Source of the DNA: an uncultured Chloroflexia bacterium
Lineage (GTDB): Bacteria; Chloroflexota; Chloroflexia; Thermomicrobiales; UBA6265
NCBI GenBank assembly: GCA_963724295.1
Contig: CAVRUC010000008.1
Location: 224,001-288,000 of the forward strand
DNA: 64,000 bases
Reading direction: 5' to 3'
The notes under the pieces were generated by a model. The model ran no database searches. It saw nothing but the letters and a program-made list of their open reading frames with translations, and was not told where the DNA came from. The position numbers were made by a program, and so were the translations under genes. This document shows positions 18,264 through 28,246 of this stretch, one piece after another; the stretch's first letter is position 1; each line of letters begins with the position of its first letter.

Positions 18264-19786
18264 ATGATGTCCGGCCCTGCCCGCCGGCGCCGGTACTCGA
18301 GCTGCGCGGAATTTCGAAGCGATTTCCCGGCGTGGTCGCCCTCGATGACGTCGCGTTCGACCTGCGGTCAGGCGAAGTGCACGTCCTCGTCGGCGAGAAT
18401 GGCGCGGGGAAGTCGACCCTGGTCAAGATCCTCTCGGGCATCTACCAGCCAGACGCGGGGGAGATCCTCCTCGACGGCAATCCGGTCACACTCCCCGATC
18501 CCCACGCGGCGCAGCAGCTCGGTATCAGCACCGTTCATCAAGAGCTGAATCTCGTGCCTCATCTCGACGTGGGTCGCAACATGTATCTCGGTCGCGAGCC
18601 ACTGCGGGGCGCGGGTGTCATCGACTGGCCGGCGCTCTATCGGGGAGCTGCCGCTCAACTCGCCGCGCTCGGCATGTCGTTCGATCCCCACACCCAGGTA
18701 CGCAGACTGGGGGTCGCGCTGCAGCAGATGACGGAGATCGCCAAGGCGCTCGTCGCCAAAGCGCGCGTCTTGATCCTCGATGAGCCAACGGCGGCGATCA
18801 CCGCGGATGAAGCGGACCAGCTCTTTCGAATCGTCGCTGCCCTACGAGACCAGGGAGCCGCGATCATCTTCATTTCCCACCATCTCGAAGATGCCGCCCG
18901 CATCGGGGACCGGGTCACGGTCCTGCGCGACGGCAAGCTGGTCGCGACCCTGCCGATGGCCGGGACGACGCGGCAGGAGCTGATCCGATTGATGGTAGGT
19001 CGCGAGCTGACGCAGCAGTTCCCGGAGCGGCCGCACGATCCGGGTCCGGTGGCCCTGAAGGTGACTGGGTTGAGCCGCCGAGGTGTTCTCAGCGACATCT
19101 CTTTCGAGGTGAGACGCGGAGAGATCGTCGGTATCGCGGGACTCGTCGGCGCGGGACGGACCGAGGTGGCGCGAGCCGTCTTCGGCATTGACCGTATCGA
19201 CAGCGGGCAGATCGAGATCCACGGCCGGGCAGCCCGGATCGCCAGTCCGCGCGACGCCATTCACAACCGGTTGGCGTTGCTACCGGAGGACCGAAAGCAG
19301 CAGGGACTGGTGCTGCCGCTCTCTGTCGCCGACAACATCGCCATGGCCGCGCCGGACAAGCTGCCATCGCCGCCGGGTCTCGTACCGCCGGTCCGGCGTA
19401 CCCGCGTTGCCGATCGCTTCATCCAGGCGCTACGCATTCGCACCCCGAGCTCACGCCAACGCGTGGTCAATCTTTCCGGCGGCAACCAGCAAAAGGTGGT
19501 GCTGGCGAAATGGCTGTTGACGGAGGCGGACATCTTCTTCTTTGATGAGCCGACGCGGGGTATCGACGTGGGCGCTAAAGTCGAGGTCTATCGCTTGATG
19601 AACGAGCTTCTGGCGAGGGGTGCGGCCATCGTGATGATCTCATCCGAGCTGCCTGAGGTGCTCGGAATGAGCGATCGCATCCTGGTGATGCGGGAGGGTC
19701 GCATCGTCGCCGAGCTCGACAGCGCCACCGCCACCCAGGAGGGCGTCATGACGCTCGCGGCAGCGGCGGAGGAGGACGTGGCATGA
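18264..19786 (+). CDS. Sugar ABC transporter ATP-binding protein (RbsA-like); 5' end uncertain or frameshifted
   Basis: Motifs [25 protein letters not shown] and [12 protein letters not shown]. In-frame [14 protein letters not shown] lies upstream of GTG 18332 with no start codon. Confidence 0.88.
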
Positions 19787-20807
19787 GTGCTCCGGCGGAA
19801 CTGGGCGAATCGGAGAGCGTTGTCGCGAGCCCCGCAGCCGGTCGACCTCCTTTCCGAGGCATCAAGCTCGGCACGATTTCGCAGACCCTGGGGCCGTTGG
19901 CCAGTCTCATCATCCTGTCCCTGCTGATCTGGAGCCAGCAGGACGTTTTCATGACCTCGGGCAACTGGCTCAACATTGCCCGCCAGGCGTCGTTCAACGC
20001 CATCCTCGGAATCGGCATGACCTTCGTCATCCTCACTGGTGGCATCGATCTGTCGGTGGGATCGATGGTCGCGGTCAGCTCCGTCGCTGGTGGCCTGCTC
20101 ATTTTCAATCAGGGATGGTCGATGTGGCCGGTCGTGCTGGCCATGATCCTGGTCGGCGGGCTCTGCGGCCTGGTGAACGGGTTGATCATCACCCTGGGAC
20201 GCATACCGCCATTCATCGTCACGCTCGGCACCATGCAGATCTTTCGCGGCATCGCCCTGCAACTGACAAACGGTCAGCCCATCTTCGACATTACCAAGGT
20301 GATGCCCAATTTCGATATCTGGGGCACTCGAAACTTCGCGGGTATCCCCTCCCCCGTGATCATCACCGCCATTGTTTTCGTCATCGGATTCCTCATCCTG
20401 CGCTACACGCGCCTCGGGCTCTACACCTACGCGATCGGCGGCAACGAGCAAGCGACGCGCTTCTCCGGGGTCAACATCAACCGGTACAAGCTCAGCGTCT
20501 ACACCCTGATGGGGCTGGCCGCGGGGATCGCCGGACTGATGCTGACCTCTCGGCTCAACTCCGCCAACCGAACGTCGCCAATGGCGCCGAGCTCGACGCG
20601 ATCGCGGCGGTCGTCATCGGCGGCACCAGTCTCTTCGGGGGCGAGGGCACGATCGTCGGAACCATCATCGGCGCCTTGCTGATGGCGGTCATCCGCAATG
20701 GCCTGACGCTGATGCATGTCACGGCGTTCTATCAGCAGATCGTCATCGGCGTGGTCATCATTCTGGCCGTGCTCATCGACCGCTGGCGGCGGGGCGCCTC
20801 GTCGTGA
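19783..20807 (+). CDS. Sugar ABC transporter permease (RbsC-like; apparent frameshift near 20565)
   Basis: [17 protein letters not shown] and [27 protein letters not shown] follows in a second frame. Confidence 0.88.
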
Positions 20808-21559
20808 CCGATAGGAACGGACCGAAACCCATCCCACGCACCAATCTCGGGGAAGAGGTGTACCGCTTGCTCTGGAAGCGCATCCTCGACCGTGGCCTGC
20901 GCCCCGGCGACAAGCTCTCCGATCTGCGCCTCAGCCAGGAGCTCGGCGTCAGCCGGACCCCGACGCGTGAGGCACTGCAGCGCCTGGTAAGCGACGGCAT
21001 CGTCCGTACCGAACGGAACCGCGGGTTCTTCGTTGCCTCGTTCTCCGAGAGTGATATCACTGAGATCTACGATCTGCGGGCGACGCTCGAGACTATGGCC
21101 CTGCGAGCGGCCGTACCGCGGCTCACTCCAGACCTCCTGAGGAGTGCACAGATCGACCTCGACAACGTCGAGGCACGGCTGAACGCCGCGACCAGTGAAT
21201 CCGAAAAGCTCGATGCCTTCACGGCGTTTCTCGAGGTCGACCGCGGATTTCATCGGTCCCTGGTTGAACTGGCCGGGAACTCCCGGTTGCAGAACATGGT
21301 CGAAGGACTGTGGGCCCAGATCGCGGTCTTTCAATGGGCGGGCGGGTTTCGCGATCGCTGGACCGACGCGGCCATTTCCCGGCATCGATCGATCATCGCG
21401 GCATTGTTGGATGGGGATGTGGAACGGGCGACAGAGGAGCTCCGTCAGCACATCGAGGAAGTCAAAGTCTGGGCCATCGATGAACTTGGAGCCGCGCAGA
21501 TCGAGGTCGAATCCGCACCCGCCCGGCCACCGCGGATTCTCGCCACGACCGTGACATGA
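20804..21559 (+). CDS. GntR-family (FCD) transcriptional regulator
   Basis: LRPGDKL...[42 protein letters not shown]. Confidence 0.92.
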   Translation: MTDRNGPKPIPRTNLGEEVYRLLWKRILDRGLRPGDKLSDLRLSQELGVSRTPTREALQRLVSDGIVRTERNRGFFVASFSESDITEIYDLRATLETMALRAAVPRLTPDLLRSAQIDLDNVEARLNAATSESEKLDAFTAFLEVDRGFHRSLVELAGNSRLQNMVEGLWAQIAVFQWAGGFRDRWTDAAISRHRSIIAALLDGDVERATEELRQHIEEVKVWAIDELGAAQIEVESAPARPPRILATTVT

Positions 21560-21571
21560 AGCGTTTCTGTC

Positions 21572-21600
21572 TTGACGCTATCAGCTACCGGACGTAGGCT
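21572..21600 (+). promoter_or_regulatory. Sigma70 promoter of the thi operon
   Basis: TTGACG-17nt-TAGGCT. Confidence 0.65.
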
Positions 21601-21618
21601 CTCCCTGACAACCGGATA

Positions 21619-21711
21619 GCACCGCAACGGGAGCTCGGGGAGCCGGGCTGAGAGGGTGGCCGAAACCGCCGCCGACCGTCGAACCTGACCGGGATAATGC
21701 CCGCGCAGGAA
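21619..21711 (+). ncRNA. TPP riboswitch
   Basis: GGGAG...GCTGAGAG...GACCGTCGAACCTGACCGGGATAATGCCCGCGCAGGAA matches the THI-box consensus and lies upstream of thiG. Confidence 0.93.
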
Positions 21712-21831
21712 TGTCGACCGCCTTCTCGGACGCGCACCCTCCTCCCGGAGGTGCGCGTTCTGGTTTGCCGGCGCAGGTCGCACGCGGCGCGGAACGTCTT
21801 CCGCGACACGCGTATTCCGGAGATCGCACCC

Positions 21832-22641
21832 ATGATCCCATCACTCCATGACCGTGACGCGTTGACGCCATGGCTCACCATCGCCGGGCGGGAGTTTCGC
21901 AGCCGGCTCATGCTCGGCACCGGTAAGTACCGCACGCGGGAGGAGATGCGCGCCGCGCTCGAGGCCTCGGGCGCCGAGATCATCACGGTCGCACTGCGTC
22001 GCATCGACTTCGACGATCCGGCCAGCCGCTCCATCCTGGAGGATATCGACACCAGCCGCTTCGCCATCCTGCCCAACACGGCGGGCTGCAAGACCGCGGA
22101 GGAGGCCGTGCGCATCGCCCGCATGGCCGACGCCATGGGACTCGGCAAATGGGTCAAGCTGGAGGTGATCCCGGACGCGAAGTACCTGCTGCCCGATGCC
22201 ATCGGCACGCTCGAGGCCGCGCGGACGTTGGTGGCGGAAGGGTTCGCGGTGCTGCCCTACATCGGCGCCGACCCTCCCCTGGCGCGGCATCTGGCGGAGC
22301 TCGGCTGCGCGACCGTCATGCCGCTCGGCTCGCCGATCGGTTCCGGGCAAGGGCTGATCAACCTGGAGGCGATCCGGATCATCATCGAGCAGGCCACGGT
22401 GCCGGTGGTCGTCGATGCCGGCATCGGCGCGCCGTCTGATGCGGCACTGGCCATGGAGCAGGGCGCCGATGCCTGTCTGGTCAACACCGCGGTCGCGCTG
22501 GCACGTGACCCGGCGCTGATGGCGGAGGCGATCGCGGACGGCGTACGCGCGGGACGGAAGTCGTTCCTGGCCGGTCGCATCCCGCGCCTGGCCTACGCCT
22601 CGGCCAGCAGCCCGCTGGCCGGGGTCGTCGGGGCCGCCTGA
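21832..22641 (+). CDS. thiG: Thiazole synthase
   Basis: Motifs [44 protein letters not shown] and DAGIG. Confidence 0.95.
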   Translation: MIPSLHDRDALTPWLTIAGREFRSRLMLGTGKYRTREEMRAALEASGAEIITVALRRIDFDDPASRSILEDIDTSRFAILPNTAGCKTAEEAVRIARMADAMGLGKWVKLEVIPDAKYLLPDAIGTLEAARTLVAEGFAVLPYIGADPPLARHLAELGCATVMPLGSPIGSGQGLINLEAIRIIIEQATVPVVVDAGIGAPSDAALAMEQGADACLVNTAVALARDPALMAEAIADGVRAGRKSFLAGRIPRLAYASASSPLAGVVGAA

Positions 22642-22645
22642 CCCG

Positions 22646-23524
22646 GTGAACGAAGGTCGCTGGGCGCCGCGCCTGATGCTGGTGACCGATGCGCGGCGAG
22701 CGCGGATGGCGTTGCTCGATCTGGTGACGGAGGCCGCGGCTGGTGGCGTGGACGCAATCTACCTGCGCGACGCGGGTGAGTCGACCGACGATCTGGCGGT
22801 GACCGCGCGAACCCTCCGCGCGCAGATCGGCGGTGGGGTTGTTCTGCTGGTCAACGGCGGTCCGCAGGCGGCGCTGGCGACCGGAAGTGGCCTTCACCTC
22901 CGCGAGCGCGACATGGCGCCGGACGCGGCGCGCGCCATCCTCGGCCCAGGAGTGGCGATCGGGCGATCAGTCCATACGCCGGAGGGAGCGGCCGCCGCGA
23001 CCGGAGCTGATTACGTCCTGGCCGGTCATGTCTACCCGTCGCCGAGCAAGCCGGGATTGCCGCCGCTCGGTCCCGCGGGGCTCTCCCGGATTGTCGCCGT
23101 TGCGCCTTGCCCGGTGATCGCCATCGGCGGCATCACGCCTGACCGCGTGGCGGAGGTCATGCAGGCTGGCGCACGCGGGGTCGCGGTGATCGGGGCCATC
23201 GTCGAGGCCAGGGATCCGCGTGCCGCCGCCAGGGCGCTGCGCGTCGCCGTCGATCACGCCCTGGAGCATCATCAGGAGGCATCCATGAGCTCAGAGATCA
23301 GCCTCGGAAGCGACACGTCCGCCATCGAGATCGTCGTCAACGGCAAGCCGGTCTCGGTTGTCGCCGGTGCGACGGTTCACGATTTTCTGGCTGGCAAGCG
23401 AATGACCGACGCCATGGCTATCGTCGAGCGCAATGGCGAAATCGTGCCCCGCGGTGAATATGGCGATACGCCGCTCCAGGCCGGCGATCACCTCGAAGTC
23501 GTGCACGCCGTCGGCGGCGGGTAG
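22646..23524 (+). CDS. Fusion of a ThiE-fold domain (TenI-like thiazole tautomerase) and the ThiS sulfur carrier
   Basis: N-terminal part: VNG, IGRSVH, ADYVLAGHVY, PVIAIGGITPDR. C-terminal part: IVVNGK...VERNGEIV...GDHLEVVHAVGGG. Internal SD CAGGAGG precedes an in-frame ATG at 23285. Confidence 0.82.
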   Translation: MNEGRWAPRLMLVTDARRARMALLDLVTEAAAGGVDAIYLRDAGESTDDLAVTARTLRAQIGGGVVLLVNGGPQAALATGSGLHLRERDMAPDAARAILGPGVAIGRSVHTPEGAAAATGADYVLAGHVYPSPSKPGLPPLGPAGLSRIVAVAPCPVIAIGGITPDRVAEVMQAGARGVAVIGAIVEARDPRAAARALRVAVDHALEHHQEASMSSEISLGSDTSAIEIVVNGKPVSVVAGATVHDFLAGKRMTDAMAIVERNGEIVPRGEYGDTPLQAGDHLEVVHAVGGG

Positions 23525-23544
23525 CTCGTGGCAAGGCGAACTCC

Positions 23545-25389
23545 CTAGTCATCGGCCGGGTCGAGCGGGTCGGTGCCGGCGGCAACCTCATCGCCGTCGC
23601 TGGCGCCGTCCCCATCGCTGTCAGCGACGGTGACATTCGTCCCGTGGATGTTCACCTCGTCGGCGGTGGAGAGCCCGTCCTCATCGAGGTCGTCCGGCGG
23701 CAGGGAGCGCAACTCAGGTTCCTGCCCCGGCTCCGATTCCTCAACCTCGTCCGGAGTCGATAACGGGGTCGCCGAGAGTGCTGGAGTGGCCGGGATTGCC
23801 GGTTCGGATTGTGCTTCCGACGTCGGCTCGGGTGTCGAGGTGGGAAGCGGCGTTGGGGTCGCCGGCACACTGACGGCATCGAGCGGGTCAGAGCCGGCAA
23901 CGGCCTCGTCGCTGTCCGAGACCTCGTCACCGTCGGTGTCGTCGAGGAGCGGGTTCGTGCCGTAGGTGAGCAACTCCTCGGCGTCGTCGAGCTCGTCGCC
24001 GTCGGTATCGGGGTCGAGAGCGTCAGTACCGTAGAAGTCGATCTCATCGGTGTCGCTCACGCCATCCCCGTCGCTGTCCACAAGCAACGGATCGGTACCG
24101 AGCGCCGTCTCCAGCTCATCGGCCAACGCGTCGCCGTCGGAATCGACTTCGTCGGCGGCGGTAACGGTGGGCGAGGGAGCCGTCGAGTCCGGCGGCGTTT
24201 CACCCTGGGTCTCAGCCGGAACGAGGTGCCAGCTGCAAGCGACCTCGTCTTCATCAACCAGCAGCATGGCGATCTGATTGGTCGCCGTACGCGCGGTCAG
24301 AACATCACCCGAGGCGTTGCGACACCGGACCCGGGAGGTCGCGAATGCCGCAGAGCGTTCAGCGCTCAGGGTGTAATGGCCCGCTTCGATTCCCGTGAAC
24401 GAGATCTCGCCGTCTCCGTTTGCCTGGGCGCTCGCGGTTACGGCATCGTCGGACCACAGGCTGAACTCGACCCCACTCGCGGGAGCGGCGCAATCCACGA
24501 CGTCGTTCCCTCCCGCATCCGCGATCGGGCAGAGCGACGCCGAGATCGTGACAGACGCGCTCTCTGCCGCGGTGACCGGGGTGGCGACGGGCGCCGGGGT
24601 CCCGTAAGGTGACGAATCGCCGGCAGCGTCCGGCGACGGGACCTCGGGGCCGATGCGCGCCACGACGAACGCCGCGGGCGCGCGACTGGCGCCGGTGATC
24701 ACCACGTCGCCGGCAACTTGAGCGGCCTGGCCAGTTGTCATCTCTACCAATCCGGCGCTCGATTCGACAAGCACCGTGCCGCTCGTGACCAGAAGAAGCG
24801 CTGGCGATGGCCCAGTCGAGACGATGCTCTCCTGGGCGCGATTGAGCACATCTCGAATCAGGTCGACGTCGAAGGCGTCCCCGGGAGGCGCGATGAACGG
24901 CGCGCCGCCAATCAGAACCGGGTCACCTTCGGCAAGATCCGTCGCCGGGACAAGCGTGATGTCGTAGTAGTCGGGCGCTTTCCGTTCGATGCCAATGACA
25001 GCGCGCGCGACACCCGGCTCCGTCCAGATCGCTTCGCCGGGCGCGATCCGCGCGAGACGCCTGCCCTCTCGATCGATCAGCGCGACCACCCCTTCGTCGG
25101 CAAGGATGAAGCCGGCCGGCCGTTCTTCAGCATCCGCGCGAGTTGGCGGCGCGGCTCGATCGAGCGTGAATCGCCATGCAATCTCCTCCCCGGGCATCGG
25201 CGCCACACCGTGGGCGATAACCTGCGCGTGACGGGTAGCCGGAGAGGGATCATCTGGCTCGAGCGGCGGCGCCTGCGCGACCGCCACCGTGCCAGGCAGC
25301 GAGAGAAACAGCGTCGCAATGGCAGTAAGAGCGTAAATATGTACCCGTTGGCAAAGCACGACTGCGCTCCTCGATGCGGGGAGATTCAT
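23545..25389 (-). CDS. Secreted multidomain protein with bacterial TSP3-like (DSDGDG/DTDGD) Ca-binding repeats
   Basis: Signal peptide; Cys-containing beta-sandwich segment; repeated E...GT(D/N)P...D(S/T)DGD units; Pro/Thr linkers. Confidence 0.75.
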   Translation of the reverse strand: MNLPASRSAVVLCQRVHIYALTAIATLFLSLPGTVAVAQAPPLEPDDPSPATRHAQVIAHGVAPMPGEEIAWRFTLDRAAPPTRADAEERPAGFILADEGVVALIDREGRRLARIAPGEAIWTEPGVARAVIGIERKAPDYYDITLVPATDLAEGDPVLIGGAPFIAPPGDAFDVDLIRDVLNRAQESIVSTGPSPALLLVTSGTVLVESSAGLVEMTTGQAAQVAGDVVITGASRAPAAFVVARIGPEVPSPDAAGDSSPYGTPAPVATPVTAAESASVTISASLCPIADAGGNDVVDCAAPASGVEFSLWSDDAVTASAQANGDGEISFTGIEAGHYTLSAERSAAFATSRVRCRNASGDVLTARTATNQIAMLLVDEDEVACSWHLVPAETQGETPPDSTAPSPTVTAADEVDSDGDALADELETALGTDPLLVDSDGDGVSDTDEIDFYGTDALDPDTDGDELDDAEELLTYGTNPLLDDTDGDEVSDSDEAVAGSDPLDAVSVPATPTPLPTSTPEPTSEAQSEPAIPATPALSATPLSTPDEVEESEPGQEPELRSLPPDDLDEDGLSTADEVNIHGTNVTVADSDGDGASDGDEVAAGTDPLDPADD

Positions 25390-25461
25390 GCACTGGCGCG
25401 GGAAGGGCCATGGTACGCGACAGGGGTAGAGCCCCGAGTGCCTTGTTGTAGCGAACGCGGC

Positions 25462-25552
25462 GCGACGCAGGCGTCGCCCCTACGACCGCCCGGCCGTCTT
25501 CTTTTCTTCCTCTTGTCTTACCGACTCACCGACTCACCGACTTCCCGACTCC
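25462..25552. repeat. GTAG-type REP hairpin (reverse orientation) and (ACCGACTC)n tandem
   Basis: GCGACGCAGGCGTCGCCCCTAC at 25462-25483; ttaccgactcaccgactcaccgacttcccgact. Same combination as at 3753-3828. Confidence 0.7.
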
Positions 25553-25556
25553 ATCC

Positions 25557-27578
25557 CTACCCACATCCCTCCACGTAGCTCACGCGGCGGATGGGACGCA
25601 CGGCGTAGAGACGCGCCGGCTCGTCGTGCGGATCGAGGCGGATGTGCTGGTGCGCGTGCCAGAGGTGCGTTTCGCCGGTGAGAAGATCTTCGACCTGGAA
25701 CGGTTCCTCAGGTTCCAGTCCCCACTCCGCCAGCGGCAGATGGAGCCAGGTCTCGTGGGCGTCGAAGGGATCGAGATTGGCGACGACCAGCACCCGGTCG
25801 GAGCCATCGGGTGTGGCCTTGCCATAGACGGTGATGTTCTCGTCGTCGCTGCGGTAGAAGCGCAGATTGTCGTAGAGGTGCAGAGCGGGATGCTCGCGGC
25901 GAATGGCGTTGATGCGGGTGATATAGGGGATGATGTTCCCCGGCCGGTCCCAATCCCAGACCTTGTACTCGTACTTCTCGGAGTTCAGGTACTCCTCCCG
26001 GCCCGGGACCGGGGTGTTCTCGCACAGCTCATAGCTGGAGTAGATACCGTAGACCGAGGAGAGCGTCGCCGCCAGGGCGAAGCGCATCTTGAACGCGGGG
26101 CGTCCCCCCTCCTGCAGGATGAACGGCAGGATGTCGTGGGTGTTGGGGAAGAGATTGCCGCGGTAATACTCCTTCATCTCGCTCTGGGTGAGCTCGGTGA
26201 AATACTCCTCCAGCTCGGCTTTGAAATTGCGCCAGGTGAAGTAGGTGTAGCTCTGGGTGAAGCCCGCTTTGGCCAGCGACTTCATCACCTTGGGCCGCGT
26301 GAACGCCTCGGAGAGGAAAATCACCTCCGGGTGCGTCCGCTGCACGTCGGCAATCAGCCATTCCCAGAAGACGGTTGGCTTCGTGTGCGGGTTGTCGACG
26401 CGGAAGGTCTTCACCCCCTGTTCGACCCAGAAGAGGATGACCCGCCGTAGCTCCAGCCAGAGCTCCCGCCAGCCAGCGGAGTCGAAATTGATGGGGTAGA
26501 TGTCCTGGTACTTCTTGGGCGGGTTCTCCGCGTAGCGGATGCTGCCATCGGGGCGGATGGTGAACCACTCCGGGTGCTCCCTGGCCCAGGGGTGATCCGG
26601 CGAGGCCTGGAACGCGACGTCGAGCGCGACCTCCATGCCGAGCGCTTCGGCGCGGGTGACGAAGGCGCGAAAATCGTCGAGGGTCCCTAGTCCCGGCTCG
26701 ATGGCGTCGTGCCCGCCCTCGTCGCTGCCGATGCCGTAGGGCACGCCGGGGTCATCCGGCCCTGCCTCCAGGGTATTGTTTTTCCCCTTGCGGAATGCGC
26801 GCCCGATGGGGTGGATGGGAGTCAGGTAGACGACGTCGAACCCCATGTCGGCGATGGCCGGCAGCCGCGCCCCGGCCTCGGCGAAGGTGGCGCTGCGGGT
26901 CGGGTCGGTACCCGCCGAGCGGGGGAACATCTCGTACCAGGCGGCGAAGCGAGCCGCGGGGCGGTCGACGACGACCTCCAACTCGCGGGCATAGAGCGTC
27001 CCACCGCGCCGCGAGCGGGCGCGCCGCATCGCGGCCTCGACCTCCGGCGCCAGGAGCAGGCGCACGGTTGCCGCCTGGCTCCCTTTGCGGTCGATCGCGG
27101 CGATCGCCTCCTCCAGCACCTCGCGGTCGTCCGGTGCCGGGCGGGGCAGCGCCTCGGCGAGGATGGCGCGCCCTTCGAGCAGCTCGAGGGCGATGTCCTG
27201 CCCGGCTTCGAACTTTTTCTCGACCTCGTCCCGCCAGGTTGCCCATCGGTCGGGGAAGGCCTCGATCGTGTAGACGTAGCGGGTGTTGTCTGGCAGGAGC
27301 ACCTCGCCGGCCCAGCGGTCGTTCTCCACCAGCCGCATCTCCGCTTCCTGCCAGTCCTCATCACAGGTGCGCCGGTACTTCACGACCGCGGCGATCTTGT
27401 CGTGACCGTCCTTGAAGATGTCGGCGGAGACCCGGAGGATGTCGCCCGCGACCCGCTTTACGGGGTAGCGGCCGGCGTCGATCTCCGGCTGCACGCGCTC
27501 GATGATGATGCTGCTGGGCGGTTCGAGGACATCTGGCAGCGGCACGACCGGCGCCAAATCGAGTTGCGTGGTGGTCAC
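25557..27578 (-). CDS. glgE: Alpha-1,4-glucan:maltose-1-phosphate maltosyltransferase
   Basis: Motifs AWYEMFPRS, RKGKNN, YAENPPKKYQDIYP, FRVDNPHTKP, SEAFTRP, QSYTYFTWRN and EEYLNSEKYE; SD GAGGAG before GTG 27578. Confidence 0.95.
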   Translation of the reverse strand: MTTTQLDLAPVVPLPDVLEPPSSIIIERVQPEIDAGRYPVKRVAGDILRVSADIFKDGHDKIAAVVKYRRTCDEDWQEAEMRLVENDRWAGEVLLPDNTRYVYTIEAFPDRWATWRDEVEKKFEAGQDIALELLEGRAILAEALPRPAPDDREVLEEAIAAIDRKGSQAATVRLLLAPEVEAAMRRARSRRGGTLYARELEVVVDRPAARFAAWYEMFPRSAGTDPTRSATFAEAGARLPAIADMGFDVVYLTPIHPIGRAFRKGKNNTLEAGPDDPGVPYGIGSDEGGHDAIEPGLGTLDDFRAFVTRAEALGMEVALDVAFQASPDHPWAREHPEWFTIRPDGSIRYAENPPKKYQDIYPINFDSAGWRELWLELRRVILFWVEQGVKTFRVDNPHTKPTVFWEWLIADVQRTHPEVIFLSEAFTRPKVMKSLAKAGFTQSYTYFTWRNFKAELEEYFTELTQSEMKEYYRGNLFPNTHDILPFILQEGGRPAFKMRFALAATLSSVYGIYSSYELCENTPVPGREEYLNSEKYEYKVWDWDRPGNIIPYITRINAIRREHPALHLYDNLRFYRSDDENITVYGKATPDGSDRVLVVANLDPFDAHETWLHLPLAEWGLEPEEPFQVEDLLTGETHLWHAHQHIRLDPHDEPARLYAVRPIRRVSYVEGCG

Positions 27579-27748
27579 GGATCCTCCTCGCCTGAGCATG
27601 GACGTGTACGTGCATCAACTGGGGCGGGCGTCACTCCAAATCGCCCTCCATGAGCCTACGAGCAGATCGCGTGCCGGGGCAACCGCACACACACTATTTC
27701 GTCAGGGCTCGAGCGCATCGACCGGTTGCCAGGACATGGTCAGCGCAA

Positions 27749-28091
27749 TCAGCCCTCCAGCCATTCCGTGACAAAGCGGTCGTTGGCGTGGATATCGATC
27801 TGGCGCAGCGGGCCAGGCGCCCGAGTTGACGAACTTGTGTGGGATGCCGGCTGGAGCGACCACAATCTGGCCGCCGGTCACGTCGAAGGTGTCCTCGCCC
27901 ACAGTGAAGGTGGCGCTGCCCTCCTGGACCAGAAAGACCTCGGCGTACGGGTGCCGGTGCAACTTCGGGCCGCTCCCGGGAGGACCATCGAACAGGATGA
28001 TGCACACCGGCGCATCGCCATACAGGTACCCCTCCAGCTCGTGGGAGTTCCCCAGAAATGGAAGGTCAGCTCGGTTGATCACGACAGGCAT
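27749..28091 (-). CDS. Cupin-domain protein (apparent frameshift near 27815)
   Basis: GPKLHRHPYAEVFLVQEG...PAGIPHKFVNSG; it continues as GPLRQIDIHANDRFVTEWLEG-stop in another frame. Confidence 0.82.
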
Positions 28092-28246
28092 GCCGGCACT
28101 CCCTCCGCGGTATTGACAGCTGCTCTTGCTGCTGGTTGCTTGAGGTTGTCGATCGCTCGGTTCGTGCAGACTGTACGTTACCTGGGACAGACTGCACCGG
28201 GGCTCTCCTGACCAGTTGCCAGGCGCCGGAGGCACCGAGGGATCTG

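Noticed and set aside
18073..18548. C-terminal extension of the sugar SBP (491-aa ORF)
   Set aside because: It overlaps the ATPase gene and looks non-coding. One extra G before a TAG explains it.
21697..21831. N-terminal extension of ThiG
   Set aside because: It starts inside the TPP aptamer and expression platform.
25557..27578. glgE without adjacent treS/pep2/glgB as a novelty
   Set aside because: Partner genes are often elsewhere in the genome, so this cannot be judged from one window.
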